The notes below the pieces were generated by a model. That model did not search any database, was not told the DNA's origin, and saw nothing but the letters and a program-made list of their open reading frames with translations. 64,000 nt of DNA, taken from the NCBI GenBank assembly GCA_973851085.1, contig OZ316775.1, positions 1,798,001-1,862,000 on the forward strand, in the 5' to 3' direction. Of this stretch, positions 23,757 to 37,000 are shown piece by piece (the first letter of the stretch is position 1; each line of letters starts with the position of its first letter). Both the position numbers and the translations under genes were made by a program. Source of the DNA: Ptychomitrium polyphyllum (lineage: Eukaryota).

Positions 23757-26700
23757 TTACTTGTATTCTAGCATCATGTTGTTGTCTGGGGACAGCCCAA
23801 TGCAAGCACGCATGATATTCTCCAACATGGCCCTTTGCTTCGCCAATGCGTTCACCACTGGGGTACCGGGGGGCACCAAAGGTGCCTTAGTGAGGTAACT
23901 GAGGACAGTAGCCACTGGGTGGAAAGAGTGGAGCTTCTCCTGCATCAGCCAGAAAATGGTTTTAGTACCTAATACCAATTTTTTAATTCGAAAGAAAGAA
24001 GATAAAGAGTTGCTCTTAGGCGTAATGCTTAGGCGAACGTTCTGGAAGGCAATTCCATCATTTAGGTTCCTGAGGCCTACCTCGCCATCCTCCTTGAACT
24101 GAATTCGGGTGCAAAGCTCAGCCAGCAACACTAAGTCCAAGATAAGGGGAGCCGCCAGCAATGAGTCTTCGCATGTGTTGTGCATAACAATGGTGTTGCG
24201 TCCTCCCATGAAAATTTCGGAGGTGTACTCGTCCATAGCCCTCTTACTGTCACCGACGTAAGGCACGTACTTGATCACAATAACGTGATCGGGATGCTCA
24301 CCAGGGGCGTAAAGAATAGAGTTGCTTGCCACCATATCGTCCACCACATTACTCTTGGAGATTTCCTTTGATCGGAAAGTCTGAGGGGCTGACAAGTTCA
24401 TCCCGTCGTTGTTACCCAAGTGATTGTAGCTCACAATTGATGTTGGCTGTATTAACCACAGTGAAGGATTCAGATCAAGGCATCGTGGCGATCTTAGCAT
24501 CCGCAGTTTGTACGGCACCAGTAGCATTTTCAGGAAATTAAGTACGTTAAGTTTAAATTAAGTGCAAGCTGACGTCAAGCATCAAAGTAATTCTACAATC
24601 CAAGGCAGCGTACACTGCGATTGCAGCTGCAAAGCTCAGATCCACCACATTCAAACAAACTCACCTTGATGCCTGCTCCAACGAGGAAGTCAACCAGGAC
24701 AGATTTCATCTTGGTCTGTCCACTCTTGAAGTCGTCACCGCCAATGAGTGAGTTCTTCTCAACAGCGTACTCTATCACACCTGCACCACATTTTGCAGCC
24801 AACAAGTTAATTTTTGGAAAACACAGCCGTGGTAATGGAGGACCCAGAAGTTCCCAAATAGTTACACTACCTAAACAGTATTCGAACTCGAAAGAACCAG
24901 AAATGGAACAAATATTCCTAAAATTGTAATCTGATGCAGAATTCGCTCTTACTAAATTCCACCATTACGGATCAGGAATGAATGAGGCAACGCTCTGCTG
25001 TATGTGCTAAATTGTAGCTAAACATTGCCCAACCAGAGACTAGGAAACGGTGTGATTTCTTCAGGAATAATTTCTTACCAGGAACAAAGGTGTTCTGAGG
25101 ACTGCCGTTGATGAAGGGAACCTGCTCATGAATGCAAGCCAAAGCAAACAAGGTAGATGGAGAAATCTCCTTTTCTTCTTTCTCCAAAGAGGCAAACAAG
25201 TTGTCCTTCGTGTCGTTAAGGCCAACGATCACGTCACTGTACCGCTCTGTGTTAGCAGTCCACAGAACCACAACTTTGTCGACCTTGCTTTGAGTCTTGA
25301 AATTTCTGGGATCATTGAAGGCTCAAGTCAGCAATGAGCAAAAAACCACAGATACTATAACATTGACGCATTGCAATGTAAAGAACAAAGACTAGATTCT
25401 CTATACTGAATCTTACAGCAGCACCGTTCAACTACCTGATGTCTTGGATGATCCTCTCCATCTGCTCCTTCTTGGTGCCCTTGATCAAATTATTGGCCCG
25501 AGATTCTTGGTTTGCGGCAATGAAGTCAGGGTCGTAGACTCCGGGCATAGGTACCATGTCCTGCATGAGAGGGCGGAGCTGCTTCTGCAGGTCAATGTCC
25601 AACACACGAGCTCGATCCATTGCGTCAGCCAAGTTCATGTTCGAGATATCCCATCCGCCAATCACAATGTCGTTGGGGTCCACCTGTGCATGGACCGGAG
25701 CACACTTCAGTAACATAACGAAAGAAAAGTGTACAGGCACAGACTAATCTGCAAATCAAATCGTACAACTCCAGAAATTGCGAAAAGAGACACAGTAAGA
25801 AAGCCAGACACGTACAACAGGTCCATAATTTCCACCCAATAGAACCACTGCCAAAAGGACCAGGCAGCGTCAGGGGCATTACCATTGGCAGAATGCTCTT
25901 GAAGGGCACATGAATCTCCTCGCCACGGAAGGAACCGACCCGGCAGGTTGATGCTTGAGTTAGGGATCCAAAGTAGTTGGCGTGCTGCACGCCATCCTTG
26001 GTCACCCATGAGATACCCCTGTTTCAAAAGAGAAAAATCAATCTCAATATATTCTCCAAGAAGAAAAAATAACACTGAACATCCCATGGCCATACAAATG
26101 ATTTCATCGAGAGCAACTCCCTAACAATCACTAGAAATATAAATCCGGAGGCTTACAATCAGCAATTACGCTTCAAAAAAAGGTCGTTGTGACAAACGTG
26201 ATGAAGGCCAAGTTGTACATGACAATCTAAAACTCTAGCAAGAACCGCCAGAGAGAGAAAAGCAGAGTCACCACGTACTCTTTGTTCGCAAGGATACCGG
26301 CCGTGAGCGTGGACCCGTTGTTTCCACCCCACCCAACAAGCAACATACTGCAAAAGCCCACAAAAAAAGTAAGCCAAGCAGTTCATTCCACAAAGCAGAC
26401 ACACAAATGTCCAAACCTTTTTTACAAGGAAATGTTGGGCCATTCAGCCAATCCTGAGACAAAAAGAATGTAGTAGACTGAAAAACAAACTCTGTTTTCA
26501 GCTCTCAATCGACGGAAATTCAGAATTACACAAACTCAGTGCACAGGCGACATCGGAAAAATCGGCGCGTCACTTGGCGTAACAAACAACGCCGGGAACG
26601 TAATCCTTCCGAGCACTCAAAGGCTTCAAAAAAAACAAGATGTAACTTGTGCCAGCAAGGACAAAAACTGAGAATCACACAGACGGCGCAACAGATATGC

Positions 26701-26898
26701 GGTGCCATACCCGAGCTTGGGCACCTTGCGCCGCGTAGCGAACTGGTATGGCACACACTTGGGACGCGCCACCCACTCATACTTGCCATTGCTTTGCTCG
26801 TGCACAAACTCGGTGGTCTGGTACTCATACGTCGACTTGATCAAATCCTCCGTGTACTCCACATGGGGACTGTCCACGCGGAAGCTGTCGACCAACAT
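23757..26898 (-). CDS. MIPS: Inositol-3-phosphate synthase (myo-inositol-1-phosphate synthase)
   Basis: Multi-exon gene starting [15 protein letters not shown] (ATG at 26898). Hallmark motifs [50 protein letters not shown] and [10 protein letters not shown]; ends NNMMLEYK*. Confidence 0.97.
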
Positions 26899-29800
26899 CT
26901 TAACAGGAGTGTGTAAACCGATGCGAACTCTCGCAAAGAAAGAAAAAAAACAGAAACCTACTTCACGTTCAACCCCAGCAAACCAAAGCTTGTGGCTCTC
27001 GCTCTCGCTGGAGCCTCTCAAAGCACACTCGCTCTCGCCTCTCGACGGCTAACAAGTTCCAGAATAACTACCAAGGCAACGGAGACATGGCTTTAACCAC
27101 AGAAACGGCGAGAAAAAGTCGCAGGGAATCCATCCAACTCGTACAACAGACAGTTCCGTCAGGTTTGATTGTGGCAGAGGGCTTCTGAATTTGGGTCTCT
27201 GCAAGCAAATGTCTAGAAATCAGGTGCGTCCGTTTGCTGCTTCATGCTTCGCTGCCCTCTCCAAGGAATCTCTCCATATTCATGGATTCCGAAATACCAC
27301 ATCTTTCATTCCTGTAGACTTACCACCTCCACCGTACTGTTCTGGAACTCGTTGATACGGCTCTATCTGGGCAAAGCAAACTGGACAAGGAGAACTGTAT
27401 GAGAGTTTCGGATGCTCGAAAACCATTGTTGTCTTGCAAAATTATGCGAAAATTAAATATAAAAATAAAAACTACTGTTGTCTAACACAATATTACATTA
27501 AAGTTCCTAACATCTATATATTTTACAGATTCTGCTGCTCTCTGGATGAAGCTGTGGTTATCAGTTGTGCAGCTTTTGGAGGTGATGAAACTTTTTGGGG
27601 ACTTTTCTGGAGTTTACTTGTATTTGGAAATGGTTTGTGAAAATAGGAGGGGAATCTAGAACAGTTGTAGAGGTTTGGATTTATGGTAGAGGGTGAGTTG
27701 GCAGCTGAGAAGCGGTGAGGCAGTAGAAAAGGGGCATCTGTGAGTCCCCTTCTGAGCCTCAGCTTCTTTTGTGCTGACAAGTTTCGCAAACCTCACTCGG
27801 TACATTCTTTCCTAGCAATTCTCCGTACTGATTATCAGGTCTCCGTATTGAAGAAACTCATAAGCCATTAGATTTGTCTCTAGTCTACATACCGCTGTAA
27901 TGAGTGGGTCCCTGTTATTCAGTGGAGAAACCGGGTTTTATCCTTAGGGCATCAAAACTTTTGAATCTGTGACTGGGATGAGAGTCAGCAGCAATTTTGA
28001 TTGTCACTTTTTCCCAATGAGTCTATGCATGGTTTATAATCTACACCAGATGGCTGCCATGCATGTGTGGAACTAATTCATACTCTAAATTCACTATTGA
28101 CTGACTGTGGACTGGGGGTTCCCCAGCTCTTACAGTGTTGATTTGTAGGACAGTGTGGAAAATCATGTAGTCAAATTTATATTGTATTGCCAGCAGAGGA
28201 TGTTATTGATTGATAGAACTTACAAACTGATTGGTTGTATCTCTGCATTACAATCACATGTACGGTATGGCAGTTGCCGGTGGCTTAGACTCAAATGCCT
28301 ACGTTGTAACTTGTAATGTTGTGTGTGTACATTATTTTGAATATGGTGATTTCGACATACTGCAGCTCTTTGAGCAATTCTAAATCCATGGAAGGATCAT
28401 GCTGCCAGGATAACAACCATCCCAGGGTATGAGAATGTAAGTACGCTTGGAATATTCTCATACTTCCTACTTGATTGACAAACACCTGAGCCTTGAAATT
28501 GAGATAAAATCCTGGTGTGTTCGAAAACAGACAAAGGACATGCTTGTTTTCAATCAGGAGGCACTAACATCTGTCCACGTGGCGCCAATACAGAGAGTAT
28601 CACAGTACCCACACCTTACATATCAACCCTCCTGCTCAGATCTATGTGGATAGATTGCCCCCTTTTCTCTTGTCCAGGTTCTTGTGTGAGTGTCCAACAT
28701 TGTGCGTGTTGTGGATGCACACTTCAGGTTGGGCCACATCAGTTGTTTCCTTCATCAAAATGTAGGTGACTACTCAACTTATAATCAAATGACTCACTAA
28801 TTATTATAATGCTAACTGAAATTTTCAAGAAACCACACAGGCGATTTTTGGATTTTGAACAGTGAAAATTAGCATAGACATCTGTACAGCTCGCTGGAGT
28901 ATAACATAATACATTTGTGACTTCACCAGGAACCAGAACACCTCAACTGCAGGTTTGCCTTGTTGGCAAGAACAGGCAACTATTAGTAACAACCCCTTTG
29001 CAGTACCTACAGGTACACTGCTTTGGTTGACCCCATGACATAGTGAACAGATTTGAATATTTGAATTCAAATTATCTTCAGATTATTATAGTAGTGTTTT
29101 CCTAATCATTATAATATCTGTCATTGCAACAAGCGGCCTGATTTCTACATATCTGCAGTATGTTATCATGTGCTGCACAGTAAATAAGAGGGTGATGAGA
29201 AACTTCTACATCACATGATTTTCCGGAATCCAATCAAGGTCAGGTTGGATGGACGCCTACATTCTGTCATGGTCACAGCACAGTAGAGCCATGCAACTAT
29301 TACAGACAATTAGAGCGAACTCCGTCAAGTGTTACTGCTCTACCAGGTACTTGGTCATCACTGCTATACGTAAAAACTAGATGAGCAAACCAGAATGTTT
29401 TCATTAAATGCAAAAGGAAGCATAAAACTCACTGTTGCAGGCTGCCAGTGTGATCCACCAAGTGCTACAAGGCATGAGCTACATGGGTTTGGCTTCAATA
29501 ATGTGCATATCTGGTGCCAACCCATTTAATTAGTGTGTTTGCTGGATCATTCCAAATTAAGCCCTTGTTGCCCTACTAGACCAAATTTGGATATGTTTGT
29601 ATTATTCACTCTCCAGTTGTGGTCAAGCGAGAATTTCAATGTACTTGACTTCGAATCCTATATTTAAAAAACAACTTTTGCTAGTTGGCCAAGGTGGGCC
29701 AGATTGAATATTCACCCGAGATTCAACTTTTATACGACTAGGCGGATCCTGTGATCATTGTAGGGATGAGATTCTAAGAAACATAATGCATACTATTGAA

Positions 29801-30797
29801 TTAGTTATCCTTTTAGAATCTCAGATCCAGATTCTATTATTGTAGTTCCTTTTGAAGTGAAAATAATTATTGTAAGTAGTATTCCAAATTGGGGGCTCAG
29901 ATCTATCTTGCCGTTGCTTTTGCCACGAAGTGCAGAATAACTGGCGATGCCATCACCACATTTGCAAGCCTGAAAAGCAGCCAGCGGAGACGACGACGCA
30001 AGTAAGTTAGATCGGTGAATACAGGACTGAGACTGTAACTTAGTCCTGATGATCCTGCACATATGTAAACTCATTCAACATGCAGATTCTCCTCCAGTAT
30101 CACAATTCACGGGCTCTGTAGTTCATCTGCCGACAACCCACAAGCTTTGTATGGATGGATGCATGCACTGGGCCAAGTCTGGAGCCAAGGAAGCAAATGA
30201 TCTCTAGGGTAAAATCTTAGGCCCTCATTCAAAATCCAGCATCAGTGCAACAGATTGCGCATCGAACAAATCAACGGCGACGCTTCAGTGCACCGGACAC
30301 CGTATGCCGCAACGTACCACACGTGAAGCAATAGGACAATATGCAACCAGTCACACATAACATGACTTCCCCAGAGTACGATATAGGAGGGCGACTGGTG
30401 GGCTTCCTGCGAGTGCGGAGCCTGCCATTATTGTTGTAATCTGCAACGGAGAGAGCAAGTGGTGCAGGTGGGCTCAGCATACGGATTCGCATGGCGAAGT
30501 CTGCTGACATTTGTCTCTCATTCTGCCGGTTCCTGTCCCACATCGCTTGATCTGCAAGACGAGAGGACCACACAACTCATCTTCAACCATGTTGTCCTGA
30601 CTTCCTTGATGCGCACCCTCGCGGATGCTGGAGGGGTTGGCACCCTACTAGCCGCAATTGAAGCCTCATCAGAAAGTGCTAGTTCCTTGCTGTATTGAAC
30701 TCAGTTCAGACACTTTGCCGGAACACTATTTCAATCAAATACTACGTGACGATCACACTTTAAATGCTGTTGGAGCAGGAGATATTATAATCCCAGA

Positions 30798-30884
30798 AAG
30801 CATAGCATTGCATCGCATTCCACTCAAAACAAGGGCATCCCAGCAAGCATAGCATTGTATTGCATTCCACACAAAACAAGGGCA
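30798..30884. repeat. Short direct tandem duplication (two ~40-nt copies)
   Basis: aagcatagcattgcatcgcattccactcaaaacaagggca followed by aagcatagcattgtattgcattccacacaaaacaagggca. Confidence 0.8.
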
Positions 30885-31083
30885 CTAGACTGCTCCGTCG
30901 GAATCATTTGACTACATTGGCAGAGCAAAAGTTGTGGGACATCAGCATTATTGATGTTGGAAATCAGCTGAATGTTTCACAAAAGTTGTGCTATAGGAGG
31001 ACTTTGCTTCATAGAAGCTAATGTAAAGAAATGAAGCGTGGAAAATTGAAAAAATATCAAAGTTTATTTACAAAAGGTCTATG

Positions 31084-32337
31084 TAGTGTCCAATTATTAT
31101 TATTTAAATTTAATTAACTTCACATGAAAGTTCCTAAACTACATATAATTTAAAGTAGAAGAGGTGAAATTACATACATTACTACAAAAGATGCCTATCA
31201 ACTTATATAGCCTCTTTTAGATGTGAAAGCATCCTTTGTCCTTTGTGACATTAATCTAAATGATTTCCTTACTGTTTCTATGTCAACATTCTGCCACATT
31301 TGTTGAATCTTTGTCCAACAGTTACTCTTACTTGTTGGTTTATTAGCATCCTTTTTTAAATGCCTATTGATCTCTTCCTATTTCTGTTCTATAGGATTTA
31401 AATCAAATGACTGGGATGGATGTACTAATAGGTTAAACTTTTGTATTGCAAACTAATCTTTGAAAAGATTGGATGTATGTGAAGATCATTGTCTTCTTAG
31501 AATATGATACTTTCAATGTTTCATCTTTTGCTTTAAATGGTACCTAAAAGGCCTAGGTTAAACATGTTAAAATAAAGCTTTGCACCCACTGTACCTTCAA
31601 TCAAATATATGTTCTCTATTGCTTGCCATCTAACACATCTCCATACTATAATGTTTTCTCCATTGTGTTTTACAATAGATTGCATATATGCATCATGAAA
31701 AACATCTTAAGGCATCTTTTAACAATATTGACATCCATCAAAGCCAAAAATTTTGAATTTGGTTTTCATTAAAGAAGATAAATCTACTTCATTCTTCCAA
31801 ATTATACTGCTTGGTAGTTCTTAACCATGCAAAGCGTTGTCTATGATTTGATTTTATGCTAATAATAGAGGTCTCTTCTTCTTGATACATATTCAAAGAC
31901 CAAGTTTTCTAAAATCCCTTCTAATTGCATCATTACTCAATTGCAATCTGATGGCTTGCAATTCTCATCCCACAAATGTTGCTGCTTTAATACTTGGTAA
32001 ATTTTACTTCCTCACCATTATACATTTCATCATATGAATCAATCACATTTAGGCTTGTCCTACACATCAGTTGTTTGTCTAAATCTCAGTACAAAACTTT
32101 AGCATGTACTCTTTGGAATGCCCAAAGTAGGTGTAATTTCCTTATACAAGAGACCTTGTTGATACAAAGCAATTATATTGAAAGTCAATGCAAAGTTGAC
32201 TCTACCATGACCAATGGAGCCTATACTTCACCATCTTTCAAAAACTCCTCCATTCTCAACAAAATATAGTTCACATTAATAAGAAACAATGTTGTGAAGT
32301 TGCAAGAGTTTGAATGTGCATAAGTAATTGGCCACTA
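31084..32337 (-). mobile_element. Decayed Tc1-like (IS630-Tc1-mariner, DD34E) DNA transposon
   Basis: Minus-strand translation across stops and frameshifts gives an HTH region IIALYQQG..YKEI..TLGIPKST, then AIRR...KKKRPLL...HRQRFAW, FIFFNE.KFKIFG.DG, VKHNGENIIVW.C, IF*EDND..HTS, PSQSFDLNPIE and MSQR.KDAF.SKRGY. Imperfect terminal inverted repeats tagtgtccaatta (31084-31096) and taattggccacta (32325-32337). Confidence 0.85.
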
Positions 32338-34029
32338 TGACCATTGTTTATCAAAATATCTTTTTCATTATGTATCTTAATCTAGTGGTGATTTCATTAG
32401 AACATTGATACACAATATACTTTTTATTTTAATAGTCCTCAATCAATTGACTCTTGCTTATTTTTTAATTTCAATACTTGTACTTATTATCCCACAACTT
32501 TAACTAACTATTATATAAGTCACATTACATAAATATTTTAAGATTTTCAAGTATAAAATGTAGCAAATTGGTAAATAGTCAAGAATATTTGTAGATGAGG
32601 TAAGCTAATTTTGTAGGCAGTTTAATAATCTTATGCATTGTAGACAATGGAGATTATACTTTTGGAAAAGAGGATCCAACAAATATTTTGGTGCAATCTG
32701 TTTTTGTTATCCATGAGTGAATGCTAAATCTAGTGCACAGATTTTCAAAATCCAATGCCAAATATATTGAATTTCATTTCCAATTTTAATCCAAAGGCTA
32801 GTCCAAGCTTCTATTCAATAGTGCAATGATGTGAGCAGAGCTGAACACCAATTCAGACGCCTCTAAATCTTAAAAAGATGAGTCATGCTATTGCAATAGG
32901 TTGTGACAGGTTCACTGAAGACCGTTTAGCCTGCTTTCCAGATATCGCTTACAGAATCCTAACTTACCCCAAATCCTAAGAATATTATCAATTCCTTCAA
33001 GATTTCCTTCTAGAATGTTGGGCACAGTAGATCAAGGCTTGGAGTGATCCCACACACTCGAACACAAGAAGCTCCTACATATGGTAAATCATTTTTGAGG
33101 CATTTCATTACGGTAGTGTCAGCCCAAGTTCATGAGTTCACTTGAAGGCTCTATCAACATGGAAGTAGAGAGAAGCTCGCCTGCTGAATTTATGACAAGC
33201 ATAGAGTTGAACATGTGTCGTCGCCTCTTGAGTTCATTTTGTTTTCCAGCAACTTGTCTAATATTATTCTCATGCGTTGGTTATAGAATTTTCGTTATAT
33301 AAGAGAATTTTATACATCACTGCATTTGGCACTCTACTTGACTCGGCACCTGAAAGACGGAAGTGCGCTTTGGAACAACTGCTGATCAGCTGGTTTATGG
33401 ATAAGTCATACTGCAGAAACAGCCCTTCATTCTCAATGGTAGGAAGGTAATCAAGGTCACTGGGCTCCACAGTTGCTAAGAATGAATTTGATAATACGAA
33501 GTAAACAGTAAACATCTAATCTGTACGTGAAAAGTTCAACATAACGTTTCAAATAACTTAGCAGGGTAGAAAACCTTGAATGCCTACATTGGCATAATGC
33601 CTCGCAGATTTCCAAATACACAAAAACAGGCAAACAATCCAGTCGCAGCCACCGACTGAAACTAACAAGTGATTACAATGACCACGGCTCAACGACAAGG
33701 ATTGCATTGCATAAACCTTGAAAAACAACAGATTGATGTGCTGGTGATATTAAAAAAATGAATGACATGTTTGTTGGAAATATTGTCGACGACAAATTCA
33801 TGCCTTATGTGTCCAATCTATCTTGATGATCGCCTACTAAACCTATGGTCTAGTCATGCTAGAACCATTAACCGCTCAACACACTAACAGCGAGAGTTGC
33901 AGTACTATCCACCAGATTTTGATCAGACCATTGGAAAAACAAAATGTTCGCAAAAAGTGCCCATAACACTATCCAGATGTCTCCCATTGGTGTTGTACGA
34001 CGTTTCATGCAACAATGAGCATGGTGTAT

Positions 34030-37000
34030 TTACTCCAGTTTACATAAGCGAGGTCGATCAGTAAGATTACGACCTTGTGATCGAACCAATGCTGCAATAC
34101 CACCGGTCACGCCAGCCAGCACAACAGTGTACAGATACTGATATACATCGGAACCCACTGCACACATCAATGTAAAGGAGCACTTAAAACTGGAAAGAGT
34201 ACACTTTAACGTTCAATAAAACTGAGAAGAGCGTACTTGCAAATGATGCAATTGCCTTTGAGTTATCTTGAAAATAAGAATGCTACCTAGCACTGTACCA
34301 AGGTTCGGGGAAAAACCAAATCCTTACATTGCCGAGCAGAAATACTGGTGAAGTAAGCACCAGCCATAAATGCAGCAAAAGCACCCGGTAACTGCAACAC
34401 AAACTGAATGAGTCAACCATCACAGATTTCTGAATACTAGTCAAACCAATTCACTGTAATCACACATATCTCAAGTTTTTTTTATTAGTGATTCTGAGGA
34501 GGGATCACTTACCGCAAAAGTATCCTTCAGACTTAGCTGCAGAGGTGAAGGGGATCCTGGGGTGACTTGATAGTGACCAGCTACAAGATCAATGCTATCC
34601 TGTAAAACACACAAATCTCAGGAAGGTGCTCTCATCTGTCTTAACCAAATACAAGATTACACAACTTCCTAACGCACACACGCTATTGAATTGTTGTGTG
34701 AATCAGCCACAACCCTTTTATTCTAATAAACTCTAAAGAGCTGCAGCCAATAAGCTTTTAAGTCCCAGAATCCTAAAGTCAACATAGATGAAGTCCTGTC
34801 GTAAATAATAACCATCAGTTTATCATAACATTAAGCATGCTGAATCAACAACATCAAAATACGAACCTGTTTGATCCCATCTCGAAAATTGTTCAGGTAG
34901 TAACGGGCCGCAGAGTTGTAACCATCTTGAAGAAGACCTCGGATCGTCCTTTGGCCAAATCTGGTTCAAATGGGCAAATAATTTCAGGCAAACATCTCTA
35001 GTGTTTAAAACTCTAGACACATATTCAACAGTAATTCATATATCTCAATGATTGATGTTTGTCATGCTTACACTCATAAATGTACAAAAGCATACCTAAC
35101 AAAGTCGCCCTTAAGAGCTCCGGTTCCAGAGTACTGAATACTGATGTCATCTCCATGATCAGCCCACACTGAACACAAACACCAAAGCATATATGAGCAT
35201 CCAAATGAAGCTTCAGTACCACCTAGCACCAAAAAGGCAAGAAAACGACAAGATGCACCACAGGCACAGCCAGGCCTGTTCAGAATTGAGTTCGTACAAA
35301 ATTTGAATTTCGTCTCCAAGTCCTCAAACTGTGCGATAGAATTGTTTGATTCAAAAACGCCAATTCGTTGTAGTTGAATCTCAACAGCTTTACGCCCAAG
35401 TAAACTCTGCACATTGGAACCATACTTTCATAAGCACCAGCTTGTCGAAAGAAAGAGGCTTTTAACAGATGCTCTGTATTCCAATTTGACAATTCTAGAC
35501 TCAAAAGCAGCATAAAAAGCGAGATACAGGGGACCAAGAGTGGACCTGTGTAACGTTTGTACGATCCAAACAATCAATGCAGTTCGTTCTGACCACTCCC
35601 TTCTGCTCTTCCACTATCTTACCCGCAGGATCTCGCAAGAAATATCTGTTCAATATAGCACAAAACAGGCATTGAGTACCAAAGGCCTCAGTATGATTTC
35701 AACAACAAACTATTAAGGAGAAAAAACAACCATAAAATCAGCACCGCAAGCAGTAAGCTCAGAGCTCTTGTATACAAATTGACATTCTTAAAAAGTTGCA
35801 AGTAACAATCGCTTCCAAAGTCAACCTAAACTGCCCAAAAATCATGAAGACTTACCCTTGCTTCGTCAACTCGTTCCGAATTTCATCATACAAAGCGGAG
35901 AGACGCTCGAAATGAATATGGCCACAAATCTTATGGAAATCGAAGGGGAGATATCTACACAAAAGCACCGCACCAAATTAGGCGTGTTTGAGACATGACA
36001 ACGTAAACTTAACAGTCAATTCCAAAGCTCCTAAAGATCGTGGATCTATGCAAACACAAGAATTATTTTCTGACAAACGAGGTTGCATGGCATGAGTAAG
36101 ATCAACACAGTTCTCTTTGATGATAAGATCAATATCTTCGAGTGATTTGGTACTAACAACAACTCACCTAATATGTTCATTTGAAATCCTTTGCATAGCC
36201 TCTCCAAAGGCTACACTCAAAACACCTTCGGTCCCTTGCTGCAATCACACATTTGAAGTCAGAAAAAGGTAGACAGCCACAATGACCATCATGTTCTCAT
36301 GTCATTGCTGTATTCTCCAAGAGTCAAGTATACCTGTTCAAAATTCACAAATTCACACATATTCGACCTAAAAGAATCTGACAAAACCAGAAACTCACTC
36401 CACGAATAAGCTTAACTAGAAGGGTAACAAGAGTAAGCGTTACCACCATAAACAAAAAATAAATGATCTTTCGTGTTCTTCTATGAGCAACACTCTTTTA
36501 ACATCCTGGAACAAATTGTGTACCTGATTTATCAGATCAACGGCCAGGATATCACCATAGCGCTTCTGTAAGTCATTGAAGTGCCTCTCTACTACTTTCG
36601 GCTGCAAATAAAAAAAACAAAGAGAGATCTCAGGTTTCGATCAATCATACCATGTTGACAAAATAATTCAGTTGTCAACATCCCTGCGGGCATATATGGT
36701 TGACACAGAGAAGGGTTCAAACAAAAACAATGGCAAGGCTCTTAACCACTAAAGACAGATAACTAACAAGACAAAACAAAAACATTTCCAAGAGAAGTGT
36801 ATTGCTTGAATGCATCAATTACCATGCGACACCAGCAAAAAGCTGGGCATTCACTACCTACCGTGTCTTTATTGTTGACGGTCTTAATTGTAGGCTTATA
36901 CGTAAGATCTACAATCTGCTCCCAGAGGACTGGGATAGAACCCCTCAGCTGTGAAAGCACAAAAATAATCATAATCAGGAAATGTCTTGAGCTTCTGATA

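Noticed and set aside
30271..30573. 100-aa minus-strand ORF with DY...RPPISY, loosely like RGF/GLV sulfated peptides
   Set aside because: It has no signal peptide, wrong motif spacing, a non-terminal motif and a non-ATG start.
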